DNA of 64,000 nucleotides from Candidatus Hadarchaeota archaeon (GCA_964384105.1 CAYLJV010000002.1:160001-224000), one strand, 5' to 3'; positions 40,400 through 49,554 are shown, counted from the first letter of the stretch. Made by a program: numbers and translations. The notes: generated by a model not told the origin, from the letters alone.

Positions 40400-41198
40400 A
40401 TTCTTTCAGGAACCCTACATAACAGCAATCCAAGCAGGTATACTGGCATCGGTGGTTTTCGGGATTATCGGAACATACGTGGTAGTTAAAAGAATAGTCT
40501 TTATAGCTGGCGGTGTCTCTCACGCATCTTTTGGAGGGATAGGACTCGCTCTCTACCTAGGCTGGAATCCCCTGCTCGGGGCCTTAATATTCGCACTATC
40601 ATCTGCACTTGGAGTAGGTCTACTCAGAAAAAAAGCCAAACAACGGGAAGACACGGCCATAGGAATATCCTGGGCCTTTGGCATGGCGATCGGAGCGGTA
40701 TTATATGATCTTACTCCCGGAAACTTGCCCAGCATCCAAAGCTTCCTATTCGGAGACATCTTACTAATAACAAACACAGATATATGGATGATTCTTGGGC
40801 TCGTAATCAGTATCTTTATAATCGTGCCACTCTTCTATCACAAATTAAGAGCAGTAAGTTTCGACGAGGAATTCTCGGAGGTAGTCGGAGTAAACTCAAC
40901 GATATTCTATAGTCTCCTACTCGTACTAACAGCAATCTCGATCATTTTTCTAATCAAACTCGTTGGCATAATACTCGTACTAGCAATGCTTTCAATTCCT
41001 CCGTCCATATCAAACAAAATAACCTACCATATGGAAAAAATGATGGCTTATTCCACCTTCCTCTCTCTCGGGTTTATCCTCTCCGGCCTCTGGTTCTCTT
41101 ACTATTGGAACCTTCCCGTAGGACCTATGATCGTGATAGTTGCAGGAATAGGATTTTCTATCGCTACTATAGCCTCGAAGACTAAAAAGAGGATTTAG
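40392..41198 (+). CDS. Zn/Mn ABC transporter permease (ZnuB-like)
   Basis: GGVSHASFGG, EDTAIG, FLFGDIL, FDEEF; start at ATG 40392. Confidence 0.93.
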   Translation: MLEFFQEPYITAIQAGILASVVFGIIGTYVVVKRIVFIAGGVSHASFGGIGLALYLGWNPLLGALIFALSSALGVGLLRKKAKQREDTAIGISWAFGMAIGAVLYDLTPGNLPSIQSFLFGDILLITNTDIWMILGLVISIFIIVPLFYHKLRAVSFDEEFSEVVGVNSTIFYSLLLVLTAISIIFLIKLVGIILVLAMLSIPPSISNKITYHMEKMMAYSTFLSLGFILSGLWFSYYWNLPVGPMIVIVAGIGFSIATIASKTKKRI

Positions 41199-41276
41199 TG
41201 GAGCCGGGGACCGGATTTGAACCGGTGTAAGCGGATCTGCAGTCCGCCGCCTCAAACCAGGCTCGGCCACCCCGGC
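41199..41276 (-). tRNA. tRNA-Cys (GCA), CCA encoded
   Basis: GCCGGGG acceptor stem with CCCCGGC-U-CCA, anticodon arm GCGGA-CUGCAGA-UCCGC, T arm ACCGG-UUCAAAU-CCGGU. Confidence 0.97.
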
Positions 41277-41435
41277 CCAACGAGGGCTAACGAAGAACGA
41301 GGAAATAAATGTAATGGTCGTATGAGTTTAACCCTTGAATTATCTCGTATTCTTTCACATCTCCAATTAATTCAAGAACTTTATTCACTCAGATAATCAA
41401 AATAGTGTCACCTAAAAGACTCGAAGCTCTTTAAA

Positions 41436-42347
41436 CTAGGATTTAACTTCCCAATCCGTATATTCCTCGTCTCTAAGGTCTTTTATCAAATTTAAAGCCG
41501 CTTCAGCACCTTCTCCAACTGCTGTAGCTACTTGTCTCGCACCACCTGTACAGTCGCCCGCAGCATATAACCTTGGCAGCCCCGCAGAAAGATCCTCATT
41601 TACCACTATAGTATCACCCTCTACTGGAATCCCCAAACTCTTAGCAAAAGAAACGGACCCACTGGTTCCGACAGCCACGAAAAGACCATCTAACTCTACT
41701 TCACCATTCCCAAGTACCAAACCTTGAAAACTTTCTTCCCCTAAAATCATATCGATCTTTTCTTTCACAACCTGAATCTCCTTCTTTTCGATCTTCTCTT
41801 TCAAACTTTTCTCAAAATCCACATCGTCCCCGTCGGTGAATATAGTTACATCACTTGTATACTCGGAAAGCTCGAGTGCTTCCTTTGCAGCATAGTCCTT
41901 CGAACCCAAGAGGCCAACTTTTTTATTTTTGTAAAAGGGTGCATCACAAACAACACAATAACTTACTCCTTCACCTTCAAATTTTTCTATTCCCTCAATT
42001 GATGGCTTCTGATGCTGAATACCCGGCGACAAAATTAACCCGCTTCCTTGATAGCTTTTTTCTGCAGTCTCCACTATATAATCCTCTTCTTCGATACGTA
42101 CGACCAACGCCTCTTTATTAAGAATTTTAGTCCCGAATTTCTTTGCCTGCCTCCTCCCTCTTTCGAGCAGCTCTTTTCCCGAAATACCCTCAGGAAAACC
42201 AAAATAGTTCTCTATAGATTCAACCTTATCCAGCATCCTATCTTGCTTATCCAATAACAATGTCTCAAAACCAGCACGAGATGTATAAGTCGCAGCTGTC
42301 AGTCCTGCAGGACCACCTCCTATTATAATAACATCAAACTTCTCCAT
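41436..42347 (-). CDS. trxB: thioredoxin reductase
   Basis: IIGGGPAGLTAA, ENYFGF, GVSYCVVCD, YAAGDCTG. Confidence 0.88.
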   Translation of the reverse strand: MEKFDVIIIGGGPAGLTAATYTSRAGFETLLLDKQDRMLDKVESIENYFGFPEGISGKELLERGRRQAKKFGTKILNKEALVVRIEEEDYIVETAEKSYQGSGLILSPGIQHQKPSIEGIEKFEGEGVSYCVVCDAPFYKNKKVGLLGSKDYAAKEALELSEYTSDVTIFTDGDDVDFEKSLKEKIEKKEIQVVKEKIDMILGEESFQGLVLGNGEVELDGLFVAVGTSGSVSFAKSLGIPVEGDTIVVNEDLSAGLPRLYAAGDCTGGARQVATAVGEGAEAALNLIKDLRDEEYTDWEVKS

Positions 42348-42436
42348 ATCAAGACCCTTTCTAATTAGTATTCAAACCTGGTAACAATTAATCTTTGCTT
42401 TTTACAAAACTTTAACGACCATAAGCTATATAAGTG

Positions 42437-42453
42437 TATTCGAATATCTGAAT
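42437..42453 (+). promoter_or_regulatory. putative ArsR operator, copy 1
   Basis: TATTCGAATATCTGAAT just after a TATA-like box; 16/17 match to copy at 44499. Confidence 0.6.
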
Positions 42454-42466
42454 GTTGATGATTAAG

Positions 42467-42640
42467 ATGTCAAGATGTGAAATCTGTAATGAAGAAGGAA
42501 GCAGACTGCAAATAACGCACAAAGAACACGGAAAAATAATGGTATGTCAAAACTGCTGGAAAAAAATAGTCAAAGAAGGTAAAAGGATAAGTGACGTGAC
42601 CAGCTCTTCGGGAACAAGCTGTTCAGCCTGCGGAATTTAG
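42467..42640 (+). CDS. small Cys-rich (3x CxxC) protein
   Basis: CEIC, CQNC, CSAC; co-oriented with thioredoxin. Confidence 0.7.
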   Translation: MSRCEICNEEGSRLQITHKEHGKIMVCQNCWKKIVKEGKRISDVTSSSGTSCSACGI

Positions 42641-42680
42641 AATATTAATAAAAGACTCTAATCTAAACACGTAAAAGGAG

Positions 42681-43016
42681 GTGTTAAATTTGAGTAACAA
42701 ACCTGTAGACCTTACTAGCGAAGAATTGGAAGCAGCAAAGAAAGATAAATCAGCCATGGTTGTTGACTTTTGGGCGGAATGGTGTGCACCATGCAAAATG
42801 GTAGAACCAATCATAGAATCTCTAGCAGAAAGCTACGGAGATGAAGTATTTTTCGGCAAGGTAAATGTAGACAAGGAAAGAGATGCCGCAGTAGAATATC
42901 AAGTCTCCAGTATACCAACGATTCTTTTCTTTAACGATGGAGAGGTAATCGACAAAGTAATTGGAGCGATTCCAGAGGATCAATTGAAGGAGAAAGTAGA
43001 AGAGATCATTGGCTGA
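42681..43016 (+). CDS. trxA: thioredoxin
   Basis: VDFWAEWCAPCK, SIPT. Confidence 0.95.
   Translation: MLNLSNKPVDLTSEELEAAKKDKSAMVVDFWAEWCAPCKMVEPIIESLAESYGDEVFFGKVNVDKERDAAVEYQVSSIPTILFFNDGEVIDKVIGAIPEDQLKEKVEEIIG
42768..42796 (+). repeat. 29-bp exact direct repeat (second copy 45023-45051) covering thioredoxin active sites
   Basis: TTTTGGGCGGAATGGTGTGCACCATGCAA in both trx genes. Confidence 0.85.
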
Positions 43017-43037
43017 ATTTTATTTTTCTACTTATTT

Positions 43038-44408
43038 TTAAGGCTCTTCTAGATTACCCAAAGCCCAAGAAACCACTTCAGAAAGAGCTGGATGGATATG
43101 GATTGAATTATACAAAGGCTTTATAGTACCATCTCCAGCATACATTAGATTCACTATCTCCTGGATTAGAATGGGTGCAAAAGGGCCGATGATGTGAGCT
43201 CCGAGAATTTTTCCATCTTTTCTATCTATAATTATTTTACAAAAGCCGTCTTTCTCCCCCATAGCATATCCCTTGGCTGTGTCCTTATAGTTAGATCTTG
43301 CAACTAAAACATCATGGTCTTTCTTTACCTCTTCGACCGTAAGGCCAACACTAGCAACCTGCGGTCGTGTAAAAACCGCCGAGGGAATGGCGTGATAATC
43401 TACTGAAGCTTTGTGATCAGAAAAAGCATTGTGCTCCGCTATAGATGCCTCATAGTTTGCAGCATGTTTAAACATGTATTTTCCAATAGCATCTCCTCCA
43501 GCCCAAATACCCGCCTTAGTTGTCTCTAGATACTCATTTACTTTGATCCAACCCTTTTCATCAAGTTCGACTCCAGTATTCCCAACTTTTAACAAGTCCG
43601 CATTAGATTTTCTGCCTATTGCAACCAAGATAGATTCGCCGGTTATTTTTTTCTCCTCACCAGATTCACCATCTCTAGCTACTGCAAATTTGTTTTCATC
43701 TTCATCTTCTCCAACGCGTAACACTTTACAATTTGTTCTAATATCAACTCGAGAGGAAAGTTTCTTTTCTAGTAAATCTGATATTTCCGGGTCGTGGTCC
43801 GAGAGTAGCCTCGACCTGGCTAAAAGAGTAACATCTGTACCGACAGCGGCGAAAAAGTGAGCGAACTCCGTAGCAATATATCCACCCCCCAAAATTATCA
43901 GACTATCCGGTTTTTCGTTTATATCGAAAATGTTCCTATTAGTAAAATAATCAATATCCTCAACCCCCTGAATAGGAGAAACTATGGGCCTAGAACCAGA
44001 AAAAAGAAAGATTTTATCGGCTTTTATTCGCTCCCCTGAAACCTCCATGGTATAATCGGAAACAAACCTTCCAACATCATTAAAGAAAGTAATATTTGGC
44101 GTCTCGTCCAAATTTCTCTTCATTTCCTTTCGGTCTTCCAAGTAGATTTTTCTAGTTCTTTCCATAATCCGTTCAAAATCTATCTCGGGTCTCTGAAACT
44201 TCACACCCAATTTCTCAGCCTCGTCAGCTTCGGAAATTACATCAGCTGGATATACCATAGTTTTTGAAGGAATACATCCTCGGTTTAGACAAGTACCGCC
44301 TAGAGGGTCTTTATCAACCAGAGCGACTTCCAAATTCATCTCTACAGCTCTCGAAGCTATATTCATTCCCGAACCAGAACCGACAATTAGTACATCAAAT
44401 TCTCTCAT
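43038..44408 (-). CDS. class I pyridine nucleotide-disulfide oxidoreductase (dihydrolipoamide dehydrogenase / mycothione reductase-like)
   Basis: VGSGSG, GGTCLNRGCIPSK, GGGYIATE, HIHPALSE. Confidence 0.9.
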   Translation of the reverse strand: MREFDVLIVGSGSGMNIASRAVEMNLEVALVDKDPLGGTCLNRGCIPSKTMVYPADVISEADEAEKLGVKFQRPEIDFERIMERTRKIYLEDRKEMKRNLDETPNITFFNDVGRFVSDYTMEVSGERIKADKIFLFSGSRPIVSPIQGVEDIDYFTNRNIFDINEKPDSLIILGGGYIATEFAHFFAAVGTDVTLLARSRLLSDHDPEISDLLEKKLSSRVDIRTNCKVLRVGEDEDENKFAVARDGESGEEKKITGESILVAIGRKSNADLLKVGNTGVELDEKGWIKVNEYLETTKAGIWAGGDAIGKYMFKHAANYEASIAEHNAFSDHKASVDYHAIPSAVFTRPQVASVGLTVEEVKKDHDVLVARSNYKDTAKGYAMGEKDGFCKIIIDRKDGKILGAHIIGPFAPILIQEIVNLMYAGDGTIKPLYNSIHIHPALSEVVSWALGNLEEP

Positions 44409-44498
44409 ACGAGATCATTGACCTTTTTATGAGCATTTACTAATAATAATTAACTATAACCGGAAGATTTTAAATAAAAACCCAAAGAAATATAAATA

Positions 44499-44515
44499 TA
44501 TTCGAATATTTGAAT
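44499..44515 (+). promoter_or_regulatory. putative ArsR operator, copy 2
   Basis: TATTCGAATATTTGAAT, near-palindromic, between TATA-like box and arsR ATG. Confidence 0.6.
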
Positions 44516-44523
44516 TTGATAAG

Positions 44524-44880
44524 ATGTCAGATGAAGAGATAAACAACAAAATACTCCAATTACATGCAGATCTATGTAAAATGCTCTCGAATCCTACAAG
44601 GCTCAAGATACTAGAGAACCTAAGAGAAGACGAAAAAATGGTCAGCGAACTAGTGGAAGAAGTCGGTGTGAGACAAGCCAACCTATCCCAGCATTTGGCC
44701 GAACTCAGGAAAAGGAACTTAGTAAAGAGCAGGAAAGATGGGACGAACGTATATTACAAAATTGCGAACCCCAAAATTATCCAAGCCTGCGACCTCGTTA
44801 GAGAAGTATTGTTTGATCAACTTTCTGAGAATAGGAAGCTCGTAAAACAAGGTGAGAACTATGAGTCAGGAGCCAGATAA
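44524..44880 (+). CDS. ArsR/SmtB-family regulator
   Basis: LCKMLSNPTRLKIL, QANLSQHLAELR, RKDGTNVYY, QACD. Confidence 0.93.
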   Translation: MSDEEINNKILQLHADLCKMLSNPTRLKILENLREDEKMVSELVEEVGVRQANLSQHLAELRKRNLVKSRKDGTNVYYKIANPKIIQACDLVREVLFDQLSENRKLVKQGENYESGAR

Positions 44881-45268
44881 AGAGCTGGAACGGCTAAAAA
44901 GAAGAAAAATTGAGAAAATAATAGAAAACAGGAATAAACCAGATTTTCCGGACTCACCTATAACCCTGACGGATGAAAATTTTCAAAAAAACGTGAACAA
45001 GTATCCCATTCTAGTTGTAGATTTTTGGGCGGAATGGTGTGCACCATGCAAGGCCTTGGCCCCTGTAATTTCTGGACTGGCTAAAAAATATGCTGATGAC
45101 ATAGTTTTCGGAAAAATGAATGTAGACAAAAATCAAATTTTGCCTAAAAAATTTCAAATTTCAGGGATTCCGACTATAATCGTCTTCAAAAACGGAGATC
45201 CTGTAAATAGAATAACCGGAATGGTTCCTAGAAAGAAACTTGAAGCTGAATTAAATAAATATTTGTGA
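44861..45268 (+). CDS. thioredoxin with N-terminal helix
   Basis: DKELERLKRRK leader, VDFWAEWCAPCK, GIPT. Confidence 0.93.
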   Translation: MSQEPDKELERLKRRKIEKIIENRNKPDFPDSPITLTDENFQKNVNKYPILVVDFWAEWCAPCKALAPVISGLAKKYADDIVFGKMNVDKNQILPKKFQISGIPTIIVFKNGDPVNRITGMVPRKKLEAELNKYL

Positions 45269-45984
45269 AAATGGAAGATCTCTTTCTGCTTCAAAAAGAG
45301 GGACTAAAAGAAAGCAAATTGATCGAAAGACTGAATCGTTTCACTCTAAAAGTACGAATAGGTTCAAAAACCGAGAAAGTTTATTTAAGAAACTCTGGTG
45401 CTTTAAGTACTGTACTATCTCCTGACAGAACCGTGCTTCTAGAAAAAGTCAACGGAGAAAACAGGAAAACGAGATTCAACGTATTTGCTATAAAAATAAA
45501 AGAATTATTTGTCACAGTCGACTCAATCTTGCCCAATAAAATATTTCCAAAAATTTTAGATAAAGGTCTCCTTCCGGAATTAAAGCGGTACAAACAGATC
45601 ATCAAGGAACCAAGACTACCTGAACATGGAAAAGCTGATTTCCTTCTAGAAAAAGGGGAAAAGAAGGCATATATAGAAATTAAATCTTGCACTCACGTGG
45701 AAAACAGAATTGCTAAATTTCCAGATAGGCCAACAAAAAGAGGCCGGAGACATCTGGAGAACCTCACGAAATTGTCAGACGCAGGACACGAGAGCTATAT
45801 AATATTCTTCGTTCAAAGACCCGATGCAGAAAAGTTCCAACCATTTAAAGAGATAGACCCCAAATTTGCCGCCCTGCTAAAAAGATCTAGAGATAAAGGA
45901 GTAAATATTAAAGCTTTTTCAACCGAGTTTAGACCTCCAGTTCTTTTTCTAAAAAATAGAAATTTAGAAGTAAAGCTACTGTAA
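45265..45984 (+). CDS. sfsA: SfsA DNA/RNA nuclease family protein
   Basis: RLNRF, NSG, DFLL, IEIKSCT, FPDRPTKRGRRHL. Confidence 0.93.
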   Translation: MKMEDLFLLQKEGLKESKLIERLNRFTLKVRIGSKTEKVYLRNSGALSTVLSPDRTVLLEKVNGENRKTRFNVFAIKIKELFVTVDSILPNKIFPKILDKGLLPELKRYKQIIKEPRLPEHGKADFLLEKGEKKAYIEIKSCTHVENRIAKFPDRPTKRGRRHLENLTKLSDAGHESYIIFFVQRPDAEKFQPFKEIDPKFAALLKRSRDKGVNIKAFSTEFRPPVLFLKNRNLEVKLL

Positions 45985-46004
45985 TAATTTCTAAGAGCAG
46001 ATTT

Positions 46005-46616
46005 TCAAAGATATTTCAAAAGTTCGTCTTTACCAGCTTCCCTAATTCTTTCCCTCATCAAATTCAGAAGTTTCTCGATTCCCTCACCTGTCTTAGCAGA
46101 GGTGGGGACAATTATATCCACCCACTGCCTCCACGGAGGGTAAAAACCTAATTCCGAACAGATCCCATCGAGCACTTTGTCGCGTTTACTTGAATCGACT
46201 TTATCGATCTTATTGGCCGAAACTATCGGCCTTAGGTCCAACTCCTGCAGAAAATGAAACAGCTCTATACCGACAGGTATTTGATCCCTATTCTTCCACC
46301 TCTCAGCTATCTCTAGAAAAGCCGAAGCATCGATTACCTGTATAGCAAATAATATATTATCCGATTCCTTCTCCAAATAACGGACTATTTCCGTTTTTAT
46401 TCGCTCCTGCTCTTTCTCATCGACTCCCGCGATATAGCCAAAGCCTGGGAGATCCACAAGTTCGAGATTTTTTCCTAATTTGATACCTTCAAAGCTCCGG
46501 GTGACACCGGGACGCTTCCCAACCTTCACCTTTTTTCCAGTAATCGCCCTTATTATACTAGACTTTCCAACATTAGACCTTCCAGCAACTACAAACTTTT
46601 CCAATGAGGTCACCAA
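46005..46616 (-). CDS. engB: GTP-binding protein EngB
   Basis: GRSNVGKSS, GKRPGVT, DLPGFG, NKIDK, SAKTG. Confidence 0.94.
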   Translation of the reverse strand: MVTSLEKFVVAGRSNVGKSSIIRAITGKKVKVGKRPGVTRSFEGIKLGKNLELVDLPGFGYIAGVDEKEQERIKTEIVRYLEKESDNILFAIQVIDASAFLEIAERWKNRDQIPVGIELFHFLQELDLRPIVSANKIDKVDSSKRDKVLDGICSELGFYPPWRQWVDIIVPTSAKTGEGIEKLLNLMRERIREAGKDELLKYL

Positions 46617-46726
46617 CTTAACTAATAATATTTTATCTCAATAAATCCAATCGATCTATCATTATTCAAGAACATCAAAATATCGAAAAAATACAAAGAA
46701 AAATAAAAAATAAGAAAGAGAAGAGA

Positions 46727-47860
46727 TTAATCGAAAATATCTGTCTCTCCTTCTCTATATAGAGTACCTATTCGATTTGTGTACTTCATAGAATCTATGA
46801 CTAACTCCTTTGATACACCAAATGGCATATTATGGATGGTTTCATGGGGATCTATCGCCGCTTCTGCTGCAGTATCGAGTTGGTCAACTTTGACATTGAG
46901 CTGTTCCAAAGTTATTGGGAGGTCTAAGGTGTTGTAGAAATTCAGCATCTCTTTGATTACTGATTTGGGTTTGTTCTCCATTACTAACTGTGTCAATAAA
47001 CCGAACGACACGATTTCTCCGTGATTTCCTTCAAGTGAATCCAAGTTCGTAAGACCATTATGGACCGAGTGTGCGGCAGCGAGACCGGTAGACTCGAAAC
47101 CAAGACCTGATAGCAAAGTAACGGCTTCAACTACCCGCTCCAATGCCGGGGTAACTACGTTTTCCTCACAGGCCTCCTTAGCTTCAAAGCCGTAGTTCAT
47201 AAGAATGTCATGAGAAAGTTGCGAAAGTTTCAGTGAAGCCTGGGTTCCCAAACCACTATCCAGTAGAAGGTTTTTAGACGCACTATTTACGCAGACTTCA
47301 GACTCAAATTTACAGGCTGAAGTATCACCCATACCGGAAACAAGGAACCTCGTAGGCGCTTCTGCAACAATTTTTGTATCCAACACAACAAGATCGGGGT
47401 TCTGGGGATAAAACTCGTATCGATCGAATACATGGCCTTCTTTTGTATAAACAACGGAAAGTGCACTTATTGACGCATTTGTAGCCGCTGTGTTAACCAA
47501 TGCAACTTTAACATCCATTTTATCCGAAACTAACTTAGCTAGGTCCATTATGGAACCACCACCGACGCCTATAACGAACTCTGCCTCTTCTGCCTCCCCT
47601 TGGGAGGCCAATCTTTCTGCATCCTCATCAGTACAGTATCTCTCACCGCTCGAGTAAGCGACTACTTCACCATCTGCTTCTGATATCGAATCTCTTATGG
47701 ATTCTTCACAGCTTTCCAAAGATCTGCTCCCACCGAAAAGGAATCCTTTCTTTCCTAGAAGAGGGACCCACTTATCGAATTTACCGACAACGTTCGCCCC
47801 TAAAGCAAATCTAGTTGGAGCACCGAAAGTTTTTGGAGTATTATAAATATCTTCAGGCAT
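46727..47860 (-). CDS. gldA: glycerol dehydrogenase (GldA family)
   Basis: GVGGGS..D.AK, SALSVVYT, APTRFLVSGMGD, LLSGLGFESTGLAAAHSVHNGLT, HGEIVSFG. Confidence 0.88.
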   Translation of the reverse strand: MPEDIYNTPKTFGAPTRFALGANVVGKFDKWVPLLGKKGFLFGGSRSLESCEESIRDSISEADGEVVAYSSGERYCTDEDAERLASQGEAEEAEFVIGVGGGSIMDLAKLVSDKMDVKVALVNTAATNASISALSVVYTKEGHVFDRYEFYPQNPDLVVLDTKIVAEAPTRFLVSGMGDTSACKFESEVCVNSASKNLLLDSGLGTQASLKLSQLSHDILMNYGFEAKEACEENVVTPALERVVEAVTLLSGLGFESTGLAAAHSVHNGLTNLDSLEGNHGEIVSFGLLTQLVMENKPKSVIKEMLNFYNTLDLPITLEQLNVKVDQLDTAAEAAIDPHETIHNMPFGVSKELVIDSMKYTNRIGTLYREGETDIFD

Positions 47861-47867
47861 TCGTATT

Positions 47868-47904
47868 TCACCTCCTTTACAAACTGCTTTAGATTTAACT
47901 ATTA
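47868..47904 (-). promoter_or_regulatory. shared leader element A (copy 2 at 49559-49594)
   Basis: 33 of 37 aligned positions identical between gldA and SBP leaders, extending well beyond the SD. Confidence 0.65.
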
Positions 47905-47979
47905 GAATTGGAACTTTAAAGCTTATGTAAATGATGATATAGAAAAATTCGACTCAATCGCCAACAAAAAGAAGATTGC

Positions 47980-48022
47980 GAAAAATAAAAAATAAATAAA
48001 AAGAAGAGAGGATTTCCCTCTC
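47980..48022 (-). terminator. hairpin + T-tract terminator after substrate-binding protein gene
   Basis: minus strand GAGAGG-GAAAT-CCTCTC followed by TTCTTTTTATTTATTTTTT. Confidence 0.55.
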
Positions 48023-48030
48023 AGAATATT

Positions 48031-49554
48031 TTACTGATCTTCGATTGGACCCCAATCAGGGTTCCACCAGTATCCTTCACTAGCCTGCCAGAAAGGATAA
48101 GACACTCGAACTGTTCCACCAAGTGGAGCTTCAAGACCTGAAACGTCCTCGGGGAACCAATGTCCCTGTTGTGGGTAGTAGTACTGTCTACCATCAACTT
48201 CCTCTAGTATCCAGTTATGTGAACAGACAGCACCAGTCTGAGGTGCTTCTTCACCCATGGCATAGAAAGAATACCTGTTCCACAGTTCACCATTGTTGTA
48301 AGTTTCAAACTCTACTTCTTCCATCGCTGTAGCCCAATTCCTTGAAGACTCACGGGCATCAGAATCCCAGAAACCACCGGCTTGACCTGCAGCCTTGAAA
48401 GCCATCAAAGCTGAAATGTAAGTCTGTGCGGCAGTGTACTGCCAGATAGGTCGAGACGTACCCCACCTATCCAATACTTTCTCGTATAGATCAACGACAA
48501 GATCAGAAGTCACTTCTCCACCGTACGGATGGGTGTTAGCATAGGAAGGGGCTCCAATAGCCTCTCCTGCACTATCCTCCCAGAAATAAGGTCCCATAGC
48601 TGAAACATTAATTCCGATAAGTGGTATTCCGACATCCAAGTCAGCCCACTGTTTAACTGGCGGAAGATCGTTAACCGACTGGACAACCGTAATGAAGTCT
48701 GGGTCTCGATTTCTTATCTGATCGTAGATTGGAGCGTAGTCTGCAGTGTTAACATCGTGAATTATCGTATCCAAAATCTCGTAACCTGCATTAGGCAAGT
48801 CACTCTCAAGCATCTCTAGAGTACCACGACCATAAGCCGTATCCTCAACCATACAAACAGTCGTCTCAAATCCTGGTTCAGGATAACCCTGTTCAATCAA
48901 AGATTCGGAGACAGCATTTGCCTGCTGAGTGATCAAATATGAGTGGTAGTAGTCGTACTGCTGAGCCATGAAGTAATTGTAGATATCATCCTCACCGACT
49001 CGCTCAATAGTTCTGACAGCAGAAGTAAATTGCGTTATATGTGGAACCGCAGACTCCTTCACCGCATCCATCATAGCCATCGTAACATCGTCAATAGCAG
49101 ACTCAATAATCAAGTCTGGATTCTTACCAACAAGGGTTCGATAAACCTGAACACCCTCAGTAGTACTCTGAGCCGTGTCAAAAGGTCCTGCCAACTCAAC
49201 ATTCCAGTTTGGATAGTCATCTTCATGCCTCCAAGTCTCATTGTAATCCTCAACAAACAACTGTGTTAAACGCCAAGAAGCCAAACCTTGATCGGTCTCA
49301 ATAGCACCAAGCCAACCGACAGTCACCGTCTTCTCCTCAGTCTCTTCTTCTTCCTCTTCTTCTTCCTGCTCTCCAGTACCTGGACCTATTTTCTGATTGA
49401 TCTCATCCAAAGTATCCTTAATCTCATCGTTAGAAGAAGAAATATTTCTAGCAGTCATTAACGAAATACCAGAAACTACAATAGAAATAATCACCAGAAT
49501 AACAACAGCCCACATGACTCCACTAGCTTGTCCTCGTTCATTCAAATTAATCAA
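48031..49554 (-). CDS. LIV/HAAT-type ABC substrate-binding protein with class III signal peptide
   Basis: NERG|QASGVMWAVVILVII, poly-Glu linker, EDTAYGRG, DYAPIYDQI..DPD (periplasmic binding protein type I). Confidence 0.82.
   Translation of the reverse strand: MINLNERGQASGVMWAVVILVIISIVVSGISLMTARNISSSNDEIKDTLDEINQKIGPGTGEQEEEEEEEETEEKTVTVGWLGAIETDQGLASWRLTQLFVEDYNETWRHEDDYPNWNVELAGPFDTAQSTTEGVQVYRTLVGKNPDLIIESAIDDVTMAMMDAVKESAVPHITQFTSAVRTIERVGEDDIYNYFMAQQYDYYHSYLITQQANAVSESLIEQGYPEPGFETTVCMVEDTAYGRGTLEMLESDLPNAGYEILDTIIHDVNTADYAPIYDQIRNRDPDFITVVQSVNDLPPVKQWADLDVGIPLIGINVSAMGPYFWEDSAGEAIGAPSYANTHPYGGEVTSDLVVDLYEKVLDRWGTSRPIWQYTAAQTYISALMAFKAAGQAGGFWDSDARESSRNWATAMEEVEFETYNNGELWNRYSFYAMGEEAPQTGAVCSHNWILEEVDGRQYYYPQQGHWFPEDVSGLEAPLGGTVRVSYPFWQASEGYWWNPDWGPIEDQ

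Noticed and set aside
41010-41270. 86-aa minus-strand ORF (MAEPGLRRR...)
   Set aside because: Reads through the tRNA-Cys gene and is antisense to the permease; artefact.
41199-41276. tRNA as integration site of a mobile element
   Set aside because: No integrase and no duplicated tRNA 3' fragment noticed in the window.
49330-49370. (TTC/CTC)n low-complexity repeat
   Set aside because: Encodes the poly-Glu linker of the binding protein, not an independent repeat element.
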